A stretch of DNA of 64,000 nt from the human T2T-CHM13v2.0 reference genome, Homo sapiens. Position numbers and translations under genes: made by a program. Below, one piece after another: positions 31,877 through 44,504 of this stretch. Within the stretch, counting starts at the first letter, position 1. The number at the start of each line of letters is the position of its first letter. The stretch lies in NCBI RefSeq assembly GCF_009914755.1, contig NC_060928.1; one strand, written 5' to 3'. The notes beneath the pieces were generated by a model. It had not been told where the DNA came from, searched no databases, and was given only the letters and a program-made list of their open reading frames with translations.

Positions 31877-32980
31877 ACATACAAGTGGCTGGAACAAAAT
31901 GAACTATCGCTGGATTGAATTATCTTTTCTAATAGCAAAAATACTAAATTAGATTCAATTTCTAAGCAATTTTTTTTCTCTTCATGATTATGAAAGCTGA
32001 TTAGTAACAACACACGAATTTCTTTTCTTCCTCCTATTTGTTTCTTGGAAAGGAGCTAACCCACACAAAAATAGAAAAAGGTTATTGGAAATATAAGGGA
32101 GGCCATTTGTAAATTTCCTTTGGTATTTTATTAAATTTCCTCTAGGCTTCTTATACCAAACCACTTTCTAACACTTGGATTTTTCCAGATAGTATAAGAT
32201 TCTACTATAGATGCCTGAAATGCCAGAAAGTCAAAGAGAGGTATAATAGCAGAGCTACAGGTACACAGAGTGATCAGAAAACTAGCACTGGGAAAGAGAT
32301 TACATAAAGCCACCACAATCTGTCTTTCTAAAGAATAGCTGGTCCTGTACAATCAGCCTTTCCATTTTTTTTCATATTTGTCAAAAAATGTCTTTCTTTT
32401 CCTTTTAGAGTGTCCCACTGCCTAGGAATATATTAGTATAAATACACAGATATAAAGTAGAACCAAAGTACAACCTGCTCTAACCCCATACCCAAAAATA
32501 ACCTGAAAAACTTAAAGATACTAAGATATCAATGGAAAGTAGAAAGAAAATCTTGAGAAAATACTATATAAATTCATTCAAAGTGAGTTTTGCTATATTC
32601 GGTGCTTTTCTGTGGGGGGCGGGAGGTTAGGGGAGGGAGGTTACTGCTGAAAGTTAGGGATGGTTTGAGCAGGTGAGGGTTAACTATATTGATATATACA
32701 AAGTGCTTTGACCAGTGCCTGGTACCTAGTGAGCATTTTAGAAGTTTTTGTTATTATATTATTTGAAATCTAAACAAGCAAGAGAGAAGAAGAATTTAAG
32801 ACAACAATAGCCACAAAACCCAATAAACCTACTTATATTTAGGTGCATACTTAGCCTAGACATTTTAAGAATCTAAAAATTCCTGAAGATTATACAATTA
32901 ATCATAAAGAATTTACACCTTTTTTGTTACATGCTTGTATCTGAAATAATTTCTACACCTGCCCAAAGGCTGCCACTCAC

Positions 32981-33183
32981 TTTGAAATCAAAGGTGTAAT
33001 TGGTGTAAGGCATCAAGTTATTTTCATAGGCGCTCTTAAGTTGGAAGCCATGTGTGATTCTCCCTTCTGAGCTTCCATTCTTTCCATTGCAGCTGAAGTT
33101 CATAAGACACTCATTGTACCTTAGTTCCTTGAAGTCTTTATGGTTGTCAGCTACTCCTCCATTGCTTAAGTATTCCACAACAC
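32981..33183 (-). CDS. CNOT6L: CNOT6L coding exon 11, 203 nt
   Basis: CTACCAG|GT acceptor; AAA|GTGAGT donor; (G)VVEYLSNGG...MPYTNYTFDFK. Confidence 0.97.
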
Positions 33184-34091
33184 CTGGTAGAATAAAGAAG
33201 AGACACTTCCATTTAGCATTTAGACCTTACACAAGGCTTCACAGCCAAGACTTGTTACCAGGTTAATCCACCAGGCTCAGAGTGGTCTTCTTAGGTTGAG
33301 CCATATAAAACTGCCTTTTGTTGTTGTTTAAAAATAAAAAATCAAATACCAGCCATTTCATATGAGTCAAGCAAATGAATCAAAGGATGTTTGCCTATTT
33401 CAGAACAAAATATATCAGGAACACTCAAAGATATCCTTAGTTTTCTTAGTGGTTTTTCAGGCTAAAGATGATTTCCAGGACCTAGGATGGCATTCACCAG
33501 GAAGGTATTAACCCTAAATGTTTTTGGAAAATTATTCCAAACCACTATCTCTTTAGTATTTCCCCATTCTAAGCAATCAACAACTTTGCGAATATATAAG
33601 TAGAGCATATTAATAAAAATAGTTTACAACAAAAACAGATTTTGCATCTTCAACATTTCAATGTCTAATGTCAGCTAGACAATATCATTCTTTATTTTGA
33701 GCTAGAGTGAGTTTTCTCAGTCTGACACTATAAAGCATATTATATGCCAGAAGTATACCACTTGGCTAAAAATACAAGGCTGAAGAGAAGAATAGCATTC
33801 AGAAAAGTGCACTGCTTCCACTGAATTAGCAAACATGAAAACAGTATCAAAACCCTTATGATGATTAGTGCACTGTTAGAGTCATCTTTCTATTTGTAAT
33901 AAGGATTGATAGTAAGATATAATGAATGTGTGATAAGCACAATATCAGTATTGTAAATAGCTCAGAAGGCACTATCATTTGTCTAGTATTTGCTACATGC
34001 CAGGCACTGTTCTAAGTGCTTTATTCATGTAAATCTCACAATTCTATGAAGTAGATAACATGATTCCCCCCTTGTTAAAAATGAAGAACTA

Positions 34092-34397
34092 GGCTGGGTG
34101 CGGTGGCTCACACCTGTAAAACTCCCAACACTTTGAGAGGCCGAGGTGGGCGGATCCAGCACCTGAGGTCAGGAGTTCGAGACCAGCCTGGCCAACATGG
34201 TGAAAGCCTGTCTCTACTAAAAATACAAAAATTAGCTGGGCGTGGTGGCATGCACCTGTAATTCCAGCTACTGGGAGGCTAAGGCAGGAGAATTGCTTGA
34301 ACCCGGGAGGCAGAGGTTGCAGTCAAGACTGCACCACTGCACTCCAACCTTGGCAACAAGAGCACAACTCTGTCTCAAAAAAAAAAAAAAAAAAAAA
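34092..34397 (+). mobile_element. Alu (AluSq/Sx) inserted in a MIR (about 33980-34500)
   Basis: TSD AAAAATGA(A/G)GAACT; flanking CATGCCAGGCACTGTTCTAAGTGCTTTA MIR core. Confidence 0.92.
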
Positions 34398-35067
34398 GGA
34401 AAAATGAGGAACTTAGTCACAGATTGCATAGTTCATAAGTAGCAAAATCAGGATCCAACCATGACAGTCTGGTACCAAAGTCATTTCACTATGTTGTGTT
34501 GCCAAATGACAACTAACTGGTTTTAACAAATCAAATACAATGGGAGAAAAACTTGCACTTGAGAGTAATTCAACTTAAGAAAGGATTAAGAAAGGAGCAT
34601 GTGGTTAAAGTGCCAATTAGGCTAGGGGTTAAAGACAAACACTTATAAACAATGATTTCAGCATTATTTGCTAAGAAGAAAAAGATGTTTTCAAGTTCAG
34701 TGACTTTTTTTTAATATTCCAAGTGTAGGCATTTAGGTTATCTTATAGTAACCTTATTGTTACTTACTTTAAATAACTTAAAATAGCCTAGCAGTGATAA
34801 TATACAAAATTTAGCATATGCTTTGGTATTGGCAAAAGAGTAATAGTCTAATGTTTTCCATTTGATACCTAAAATGCAGAAATGATTTTTATAAAAAGTA
34901 AAATGATAAAAGTTCAGACATAAAGTAGTTTAGTGGAGCTCAAGAAGTAATATGAAGCCCTAGGATAATTTTGATCATTCTTCTGTAACTACTAACATTA
35001 TCCAAATATCATTTAATGAATTCACTTAAAAGTTGCTAACATTATTAAACTAGAGAGCTACACGTAA

Positions 35068-35545
35068 TGAATATTTTCTGGCTGCCCCTTCAGATCACCC
35101 TTCTGCAGTACACTCTGTGCCTCAGGCAGCTGATCTTTATTGCATCAACTGCAAATCCCTCCCCGCTCTAGCTTTTGGTTGGATTTGATCAATGGGCAGC
35201 CTAGCAGGAGATGAAAGGACAGAAGCAGAGTGAGGTAAGAATATATATTTCCCTGGCTCCCTTCTTTTTGGTTTGCCAGGGATTGACCGCTTCATGCAAT
35301 TCAAAGCCATCACTCCTATTATGTGGCCCTTTCCTACAACTGTATTTTTTCCAAGTTCTAATGACAGACAGCTCCCACCACTTTCCCTTTTAGGTAGAGG
35401 AGTGGTAAAGAGATCTATTACTAAATCCCCTAGTGGCAGAGTACTGCATCATTTATTGCTTTGTTTCCCTTAAACCAGGCAACACCTTTGGTAATAGCTT
35501 CTTTATTAAACTCTCTTCTATTACCTTGTGTCCCATCCATGGAAT
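35068..35545 (+). mobile_element. LTR33-like solo LTR, antisense to CNOT6L, ~110 bp from the exon 10 donor
   Basis: TTGGTTGGATTTGATCAATGGG..AGCAGGAGATGAAAGG..ATTTCCCTGGCTCCC..CTTTATTAAACTCTC, similar to the LTRs at 11.5 and 13.8 kb. Confidence 0.6.
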
Positions 35546-35655
35546 TCTTATGATACATTCCTTAATTTATCTACTCAAAATTTAGGAGCTAGCTGGCCTT
35601 TGAACCAAGAGTAAAAGTGAAATTGAAAGCAGTGAGGAAATGATATTATAAATAC

Positions 35656-35883
35656 CTGAATCTGGCAATGAGTTAAGATCTGCACATAGCACCAGCGGGA
35701 TGGAATTAGGATCTGCAGTTGGGCTTCCAGGCCTACTAGAGGCTTTCTCCAGAATGTTTTTAACCTCTGAGACAAACATCATGGTCTGGATGAGCTTCAC
35801 ATCAGAATACTCTGGGTCCCAATGCATGTGGGCATTTGCCACTATAAGCAGCTGTTTGTCTGCAGCATGAATAGGCTTCATAC
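35656..35883 (-). CDS. CNOT6L: CNOT6L coding exon 10, 228 nt (NAHMHWDP and CADLN motifs, D410/N412)
   Basis: TTTAG|GT acceptor; CAG|GTATTT donor; MKPIHAADKQ...IPLVLCADLNSLPDS in ORF 35582..35881. Confidence 0.97.
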
Positions 35884-38188
35884 CTAAATTTAAACATTAC
35901 AAAAAGAAGACAAAGTTATGCTTTATGTTTGAAGAAATGTGGCATCCTCAGGTTTTCTCAATATGATCCACAGCTACTTCTTTACTCTTTTCCATGAATT
36001 TATAACTTCCCTTTTATCTCATAAAGTAATTCTTAGAAGCTAAAGGGCTGAGATTCTGGTAATCCTACTATGGGAATTACTCTCCTAGATCAAGTTGGCA
36101 AACTGTAGCCCATGGGCTAAATCTGGCCCACAAATTTGGTATAGCCCTTTAAATATCTGTCATTTAAATAGCACAATAATGTAGTAAGGCAGGTTTTCAG
36201 TTGAGTTACCTAAACCTCAATTTAAATTCTTACTACTGTCTAGTACTCATTCACCTTGCATTTCCCAAGCACAACACAGCACAACTGTGATAGGTCAGCA
36301 GTAAAGGCAGTAAATTATATTAACCTATATAAGATAAAATAAGAAAGTCATCTGCTACCTGAACAAATTCACACCATATACCGAAATAACATTATTTTTA
36401 AAATCAGAATTAGAGAGTAGTGTGCTATAAAAGTCTGGACACGTGGGTTTTAGACTTGGCTTTCTTACTAATTATTTTATGTAGTTTTGGGTCAGTAATT
36501 TAACCAGATTCTTTTGGGAAGTGAAATATTCAACTAGAATATCTCTAAGGTTTTTTTTTTATTCCTATAATTCTATGTTTTTTAATTCTGTTAAAATAAA
36601 CATTAACATAGTACTTTCCAAATGGTAGATGGAATACATTAAGATTTTTGAAAATTAAACATAGTTAACATTTACTGACAGATGTCCATAAAATATTCAA
36701 GATATAAAACTATTAATACATATACTCACATTCTGTATGTTAGTAACTCTATAGAGAAATCAACAAGAGCTATAATCTAGAGTATGAATGACATGAGGGA
36801 TCTCTCACTTTTTACTTTACATACCTTTAAACCATTGGACTATCCGTAAACATACAAATTTAATTTTTCTTTTATAATTTCTATAGAAGCGTCTCAAATT
36901 TTTCTATTGGAATATAAGCTTTGGGGGAAAAGACCTAATTTTCTAAGTCTACTAGTTTGTTAAAGTTTCTTTCCAGTCTCACCAAGCTATAATTATCTTC
37001 AATGTTGAGAAAATAAGAAACTGAAGTATCTGTTATATCTGACATAGTCACCTTAAAAGCAATTTGATCATAAATGTCTGTAGCCAAATCTTCTAAGCGA
37101 TCTTCTTTTCCCAGTTTTACAGTGTCACTTTTAGCTATAGATTAAGTATTCACAATATTAAAAATTTTCCCCTTCAAAGAGCCATAAGCACTATATTACT
37201 AAATTCCCCTTCTATGAGTACAAGAGATATGTATTTCAGAACGTAAAAGTCTCTACTATTTAGAATTACTCTTCCGCAAATTAAAAGAGGAGTAAAACTC
37301 CAAAAGATATTCTCCACAATATCAGAAAAAAAAGTACCAAACTTTGGGAAGAATAAGATTGTAAAGGACATAAAGGTAAATAAAAACGGAGGGGCTAAGA
37401 AAAGTAAAAAGTCCAAAATTTCATATCAAAGATTACCTTTGATAAGGAATAAATTGAAGTATGGTGAGAAAAGAAGGTTTGACACATATGCATGGTCTGA
37501 ATAATTCAAATCAATACTCTAGTCCAAAATAATCTTTTCCTCTACAAAAAGTACAGGGGAAAAAAAGCCCTGATGTAGTCTCACTCCTTTCTTGCTTAAA
37601 ATGTACTAGTAAACAGTGAGATGCTCAAAGGCAGGCAGTAAGAAGGATAAAAAAGGTCTGTGTATGAAGTACATAATGAGTTTCTGACTCTGAAGGAAGC
37701 TATAAATAATCTAAAATGCTAAAGTAAGTACCATGTAGATAAAAGATCCTGCTCTTACCCTGACAATGACTGAGATATAACAAAGAAACTAGAGGAAATG
37801 TGCCAAGTCCTTAACCTTAAAGACAAAAGAATCACACTCAAGCTAAAAATATAATTCAAAAAGAGGGCCAAGTCATCATAATTTCTAAATTCAGCCTAAC
37901 CAAAATATTCCCTATTTAAAAGAACTGTTTGGGATTAATGGCATATTAAAAAAGACTTTACATAGATTATCTGGTAAGTAAAAAAGACTGTGATAGAGAG
38001 CACAAAATATCCCAACAAATATATGATGCTTTACACAATGGTGCTATTTTCCTGCCCATCTCCCTTAACTTTCCTCAAAAGAAAATAACTTTGCAATAAA
38101 TAACGGCAAAATTCTCTTCACTTGTTTTGAGATGGAAAAACTTGGGATGGTGTTTATTTTTAGTAAGAATATTTTACATTGCACTCAC

Positions 38189-38340
38189 CTGCTCCAAATA
38201 GTTCTTTGTGGACCTCTAATACCACAGCGACACCAATGTTATCTTTTGTCATCACTCTGTTCAGCATAGCTTCGGATCCATCTGAATTAGCCATCGCCAC
38301 TTGGTTAAATTCCACTGTATGCTTCTGCACCAATGTAAAT
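38189..38340 (-). CDS. CNOT6L: CNOT6L coding exon 9, 152 nt
   Basis: CTTTTAG|A acceptor; CAG|GTGAGT donor; (K)FTLVQKHTVEFNQVAMANSDGSEAMLNRVMTKDNIGVAVVLEVHKELFGA(G), translated by hand. Confidence 0.96.
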
Positions 38341-38419
38341 CTAAAAGGTACATTATTATAATTTTAGGTACCTAGACTATCATGCTGAAAGATATTAAAT
38401 GAAAGAAACATGACATGCA

Positions 38420-38790
38420 TTGTCTCCCTTGTCATTTTCTAGCTGCAAGTGACCATGTGATACAGTTCTGGCCACTAAGACACAAGAAGTCTGATTATTG
38501 TAAAAAGTTTCTCAGAGGCCCCACCTAACAAAGACAGCATATATATCCCTTCATGCTTTTATACCTTGCCCCTTACAGCTAGTGCTCGGAGAAATAATAA
38601 CCATCTTGTGACCATGAAATAAGAAGCAGGAAGGCAAAAGCCAACCTTCTAAAAATGGGGAAGCAGCTGAACCAGTTCTGGACTGCCTATTTCTGGACTT
38701 CTTGTGTGAGAAAATCACCCTTCCCTCATTTGTTTAAGCTACTGCTAGAATTTTCTGGTATTTAAAGGTGCACACAATCTCAACTAAGTT
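38420..38790 (+). mobile_element. MLT1-type MaLR LTR
   Basis: GACCATGTGATACAGTTCTGGCCA..CCATCTTGTGACCATGA..TCTGGACTTCTTG..TTTAAGCTACTG. Confidence 0.6.
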
Positions 38791-39449
38791 AATGAGAAAA
38801 AGATAAAAAGAATACAATCCACCTACCCTGTTTGTAGTTTTATTTCTACCACATCAAGATATTTGTCAACAAAATACAGGGGCACACCTTTATCTCAGCT
38901 AAAGAGTAACTGATTTTTCCATCTGACTTTTACTAGAAAGTTGCAATGGGGTATAAGTATTCTGAGAAACAGATTCTGCAAGATGAAGAAATGACTCTCT
39001 CTGTGATTATAGCTTCTGCACTAATAATTTTTTCTTTCCTTCATTAATGCCAAATTATTAAGCATTGTAGAGTTGTAGGATTTAATAGAATTGGTTTAGT
39101 GCTGACATTTAATTGCAGTGGGATGTTGGTGAAGTCATTTAACCTTTTTCAGTCTAATTTTATTAATTTGTGAAATATTTATAAGTAATCAAAACCTACT
39201 AAATACATTACTTGCACTAGGTGTTCAGTGGAGAGAAGACATAGTCTTGTAACAGATCCCCTCCTCACTTTCCTTCAAGCTTTGAAAACAGAAGCTAGTT
39301 TCTGTTTCTTCAAAAATATTGACTTACTATGCCACAGGATGCTGCACTAAATGAAGCAATATTCCCTTCCCTCCTCCAATTCTGAACGTGTCAGCTGGAC
39401 TGACAAGTGTAAAGGGTCAGTTTATGTGCCTATTTCTAACCCAGAGTGC

Positions 39450-39860
39450 TTAAAGTGACTATAGTTTCTACCCTCTAAAGAGGTAATCTATAAGCTTAAA
39501 TATGACAGATGAAAGTTACTAAGGTGAAGAATGGGGTTAAGAGCATCCCAGGTAGAAAATGTGAAAGGTCCTGAGACAGCAAAAAGCACTGCAAGTTTAT
39601 GTGTTAGAAAAGAATGGAAGGGTATGAAATGATGCTGAAGAGGAGAGATAAAAGTTCTAAGCCAGGACATGGTATCATTTGATTTATGTTTTTTAAGATC
39701 ACTTAGCTGCTCAATTAAAGAACTGATAACTGGGAAGCAGATTAGAAAGTTTGTGAGGTTATCTGAAAGAGAAATGATGGTGGCTTGAACAAAGGCAAGA
39801 GAAATCAAGAGGAGTGAGCAGTTTCAAAATGTGTCCTATAGACAGGATTGACCATTGTCC
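39450..39860 (-). mobile_element. L2 fragment
   Basis: AAAGGTCCTGAGACAG..TTTAAGATCACT..GAAATGATGGTGGCTTGAAC. Confidence 0.55.
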
Positions 39861-41799
39861 ATATCAGACTTCTTCAAACAATTTTAAGCTGTGGAATACC
39901 TTTTACAGTTTCTGGTGAGATTCCCACAGATAAAACAGATAAAAGCAGCATTATGTTAGAATAAATCAACCACTGAAAACAAGCAACCTATTTTGATGAA
40001 TATAAAAATTTGAAATCAGAGGACAGAGATGATATAGTTTTATATCAGTCTCAGTGTCCAATTTTTGTATTTTGTTTTGGTTACAGAGTATTATTAAAAA
40101 TCCTGATTCACACAGCTATAAATGGTAAATAACTGGCCCTATACTCAGAAAAAAGAAGCAGACATGAAGAAATTTGATTCAGAGGTCTGCACCAAAAACA
40201 AGTTAACTAAGCAGTACTTTATGAACACGTTAATGATTTCCAAAATGTTAAAACTTGTATTTGAAACATGTGAGTGAACATGTTATTTTCAAATTACAGT
40301 TCAATTATTCACATTTAATTTTTGAGATATCTTCTAAATATTCACAGAACTTCTATGGTATACTTACAGGAACCTAGGATTCTGTACAAAAGTCTTAAAA
40401 ATCCTGTTAATTATAATATTTTTATAACTGGAATAATTTTACTTCTACCAAAGCTAGGTCATTCTTTGGGGCGTAGGGGCAGGGGAGCATAGGACTCTAA
40501 TTAAAAGAAATAACTAAAATTTGCTTTCCTGTATTCTTCTCCCATTTTTTCCATTAAAACTAGATCTAGATCTTTTCAAGAATATACATTAAATCTAATT
40601 TCTCTTCCAAATGACACCACTTTAAATATCTGACAATAGATGTCAATGCTCTCCCACCCTCCATGTCTTCTCCGGAAAAGAAACGATCAGTTACACTTAC
40701 ATGATGTGTGATGTTGTTCATCTGAACAATTTGTTTAAATTTGCTCAACAAATTTAAATTGAACTGACAACTGGGTCTGTCTTTTTGAAAAGTTCATTTG
40801 AACAACTCAAGTTTACCCAAAGGTGCAGTACCTATAACTGGGCATAAATGAACTACAGCCTTCTTCATTTTTTAACTGTATTTTCATTAATAAAGACTAA
40901 AACTTCACTTTGGGGAAAGCCATATTGTAAGCCAAACAGGAACTAACATATATCTGAAATGTTTTGATCTTTTTGCTCTTAAACCAGGTCTTGTCAGTCC
41001 TGCATTTATAGGTACTTCAAAACAAAAACGTGGAAAAAATGATACATTAAATATGTTTATTGTAGAGATATGAGAACAAAGAAAACTAAGTCACTTATAA
41101 CCCAATACCTCCATTTAAAAGTTAATATATTTCCCCAGACTTTTCTCTACACACATACACACACATATTTTTACGCATTTAGAACAATACTATTCTATCA
41201 GGGACATTTCCTATAACATTTAATATTCTTCCAAATCAATTTTGATGACTGGATTATAGTCCACTCTACAGATTCACCATAATTTATTTAACCTGTGTTG
41301 GACATTTAAGTTACTTACATATTTTAACTAATGCCGTAATGAACATTGCTACATATATTTTTCTGTGGTCTCAGCTGATTCTTGTCCCTCCCTCTTTTTA
41401 TTCCTTCCATTAATAATCTAAGAGCGGCAATCTTTACCTCAGTTAAGTATCACTTCATGAACATCTGCTCATTAGTTCACCTATTCGGATATTAAGTGCT
41501 CTGAAACTTCATTCTATTTAATTTTTAATTTTTTACAGATATGTAAGATAGATGCACAAATTTACAGGATATAATTCTATTTTTCTATTGGATCTAATTC
41601 TATTTTTCTAATAGATTAAATATCCCTGCCAGCTTTTGGACATTTATAAATGTTATGAGCATGCATTCTCTTCTCTCAAAATAATTAAATTTCTCAATAG
41701 GACAGAATAATAAAAAAAAAATGAAAGCTACCATTATTGAGGATCTATCCAGTCTCAAGATTTGTGTTAAGTACTTCATATATGTTAGTCCTAAAATTT

Positions 41800-42152
41800 G
41801 CACATGGAGATATACTGCTCAGATTCCTCATCAGGGATTGCTTCAGTTGCAGAAAGCTGCCTACTCATGGTCACATACTTCTAGGAGCACCACCATCCAA
41901 TTAGAAATCGAAAGCAAAAGTTAAAAGTCCAGGGATGTGGGCCCCTTGTGGTTTAACTCTCACAGGCCATATAAGCTCTAAAGCTCCCTGTTGAGTCACC
42001 TGAGGCAGTCAGGCCTGCAACACTTCACTTTTCTCCGTATGTCCAATTCTGCTTCCTCCCCTTTCCACAGGTGTTGATTTCTAATAAACTCCTGAACACC
42101 AAACTATCTCCGAGTCTTCTTTCGGTTATCTCTGAGAACCCACATTGCAGCA
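41800..42152 (+). mobile_element. LTR16A-like solo LTR, antisense to CNOT6L
   Basis: CTGCTTCCTCCCCTTTCCACAGGTGTTGATTTCTAATAAACTCCTG..GAGAACCCAC. Confidence 0.55.
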
Positions 42153-44205
42153 GGAGGTATTACTACTGCCATTACAAAGATGAAGAAAACTGAGGCTGGG
42201 CAAGTCTGTCTTTTTGAAAAGTTTGATAGTTCATCCATCCCCCAAATCCTAGAATTTTTTTCTCTACTCCAATATTTATAACAGATTACCTTTGCCAGTT
42301 CTCTAACCACACTTCCGTAAGATCTTTAATACCATAAGATATAATTATCTTCATCTGAAAACCTAACTAGTTAGTGCAGTTTAGTGACTCTCTTGGCTTA
42401 CCAATCTCACCGTCTTGGTTTGCCATTCTCCTCTTTACCTGGTCTTAGTGTTTCTACTTTGAGGAAAATTCTTCTCAATAGAAATCATGAAAGCAAAACA
42501 TAAATTGTATAGAGCTGTTTTTTGTTGATCGTCAATTACTGATTATACAGTCTGCAGCGGGTCCATTCCTTCCTTGTTATTTACAGTGCATAATGTTAGT
42601 TAAAATATCCTCCTCACTGCCTTAGCACTTTCACCCAGCCTTTTCTTTTTCTTAAGTTTCTTAGTAATGATCATAGGTTCATTAAACTTTTTTAAAAATA
42701 CATGATTAGTTATTGATCTTTCTTCATTTAAATAACAATTCTTTAAACATAAATCTTGAGCAACCACTGGGTTATCAGATGCTTGCAACTATCCTTCCAA
42801 CTTTATTTCTCATTGGTATATACTGCCATACTTTTGACTTTTAAAACTTCTCAATCTTTTAAAGGTATCTTCTTTTTACTGTCATGGTTTCAAAAGTCCA
42901 GAAAAGCAAAACTAGTCTTCCTAAACAGGATGCATATGTCATTATAACTAACACTCCCTTCCACTGCCACTGAGAAACTCTAGAGCACACATTCTCACTC
43001 AAGTTTTATCACTTCAGCTTCACCAAGGGTTGAAAAACCAAAGAGAGAGTTGAAAACTAGTTGAACCAAATAAAGTTCCTTCTTTCTAGTAAATAAGAGT
43101 GTTGATATGTTTCTTGAACTTTAAGACTTTCTCAGATATTCTGTTTTTAAAAGAATGAGATTTCTAGCATTAGTGCTGATGGCTGTAATCTACAATTTAT
43201 CTTATTTCCTTGTTTATAACTGTAATAAATTTACAATATAGTAAGATATAATTACCCATATTCTATCCCTACTACCTTAACAATGCTACTTCTTGCATTC
43301 CCTTCCCATACAAACCAAATGCACTCTATTCTGCATCTACTTTCTGTTTCACAGATTTCCATACAGGTAACATTTTGAAATATAGAGGTTTTCTGCCATT
43401 CTTTCTATTATTAGATGTTTCTTCTCAATTAGACATATTAGTTTATAGTTACTTTCCAATCATTGTTCCAAGCCATACAGCCTTGGTAATACGGAAAATC
43501 TTAAACTTGTCTCTTTCGATACATTAGTTTACCATTCATACTCTGTGACTGGTATACAGATGCTAAAAGCATTATTCCTGATGATATTTTATTCTAAGAA
43601 TTCTTCTGTATATTCACATTTTTGAAAAAAAAACTAGACGAAAGGTCAAATGGATAAAAGAACATATATTAATATAATAAAGACTGCTATGACCAAAAAA
43701 TCCCCTTATATGATTTGAGAATTATTATTAGGTTGGATGTTTCATGTGCAAAAAGAACACGTCCAGAGCAGTCCTTCAAATAAAGACATAATTTCTTACC
43801 AACTTGTAGTCTAAAAATAACTTTGTGGGCTCTGATGTAATTAATTAATGCTAGAGAGAGGACAGTGACTGCCAACTATGAGAAACTAAAGCAATCTATA
43901 GGATTTAAGTAATATTCCATCCCTGAATTCATTTACAAGTAAAAAGGGGCAATGTAATACACAGTCAAGACAATAGTATAATCACACAAAGTTAACTCTG
44001 ACCTTTTCTGGATCACATCCCAACACTGTTAAAACCAAACCAAATAGAAGTTCTTACTATATTCAGTATAAAATGATATAAAATGTGTTCTTGGTCCCTT
44101 TAAGTAATCATGGGAGTGCCAGAAGGTAACTAATTGGAAAAGGTAAGCTGAGAGACCAGGTTAAATAAGGAAGTAGATAAATAACATCCTATATTTGTAC
44201 CGTTC

Positions 44206-44504
44206 TTTTTTTTTTTTTTTTTTTTTGAGATGGAATCTTGCTCTGTCACCCAGGCTGGAGTGCAACGGCACGATCTTGGCTCACTGCAACCTCTGCCTCC
44301 CGGGTTCAAGCAATTCTCTGCCTCAGCCTCCCGAGTAGCTGGGATTACAGGCGCCCACCACCAAGCCCAGCTAATTTTTCTATTTTTAGTAGAGACAGGT
44401 TTTCACCATCTTGGCCAGGCTGGACTTAACTCCTGACCTTGTGATCTACCCGCCTCAGACTCCCAAAGTGCTGCCATTATAGGGGTGAAACACCACGCCC
44501 AGAC
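44206..44504 (-). mobile_element. Alu (AluSg-like)
   Basis: Full dimer; TSD TGTAC.G.TCTTTT. Confidence 0.95.

Noticed and set aside
35424-35448. CTCF-like TGCAGT-N6-CCACTAGGGG in the intronic LTR
   Set aside because: Lacks the 3' GGC of the core motif
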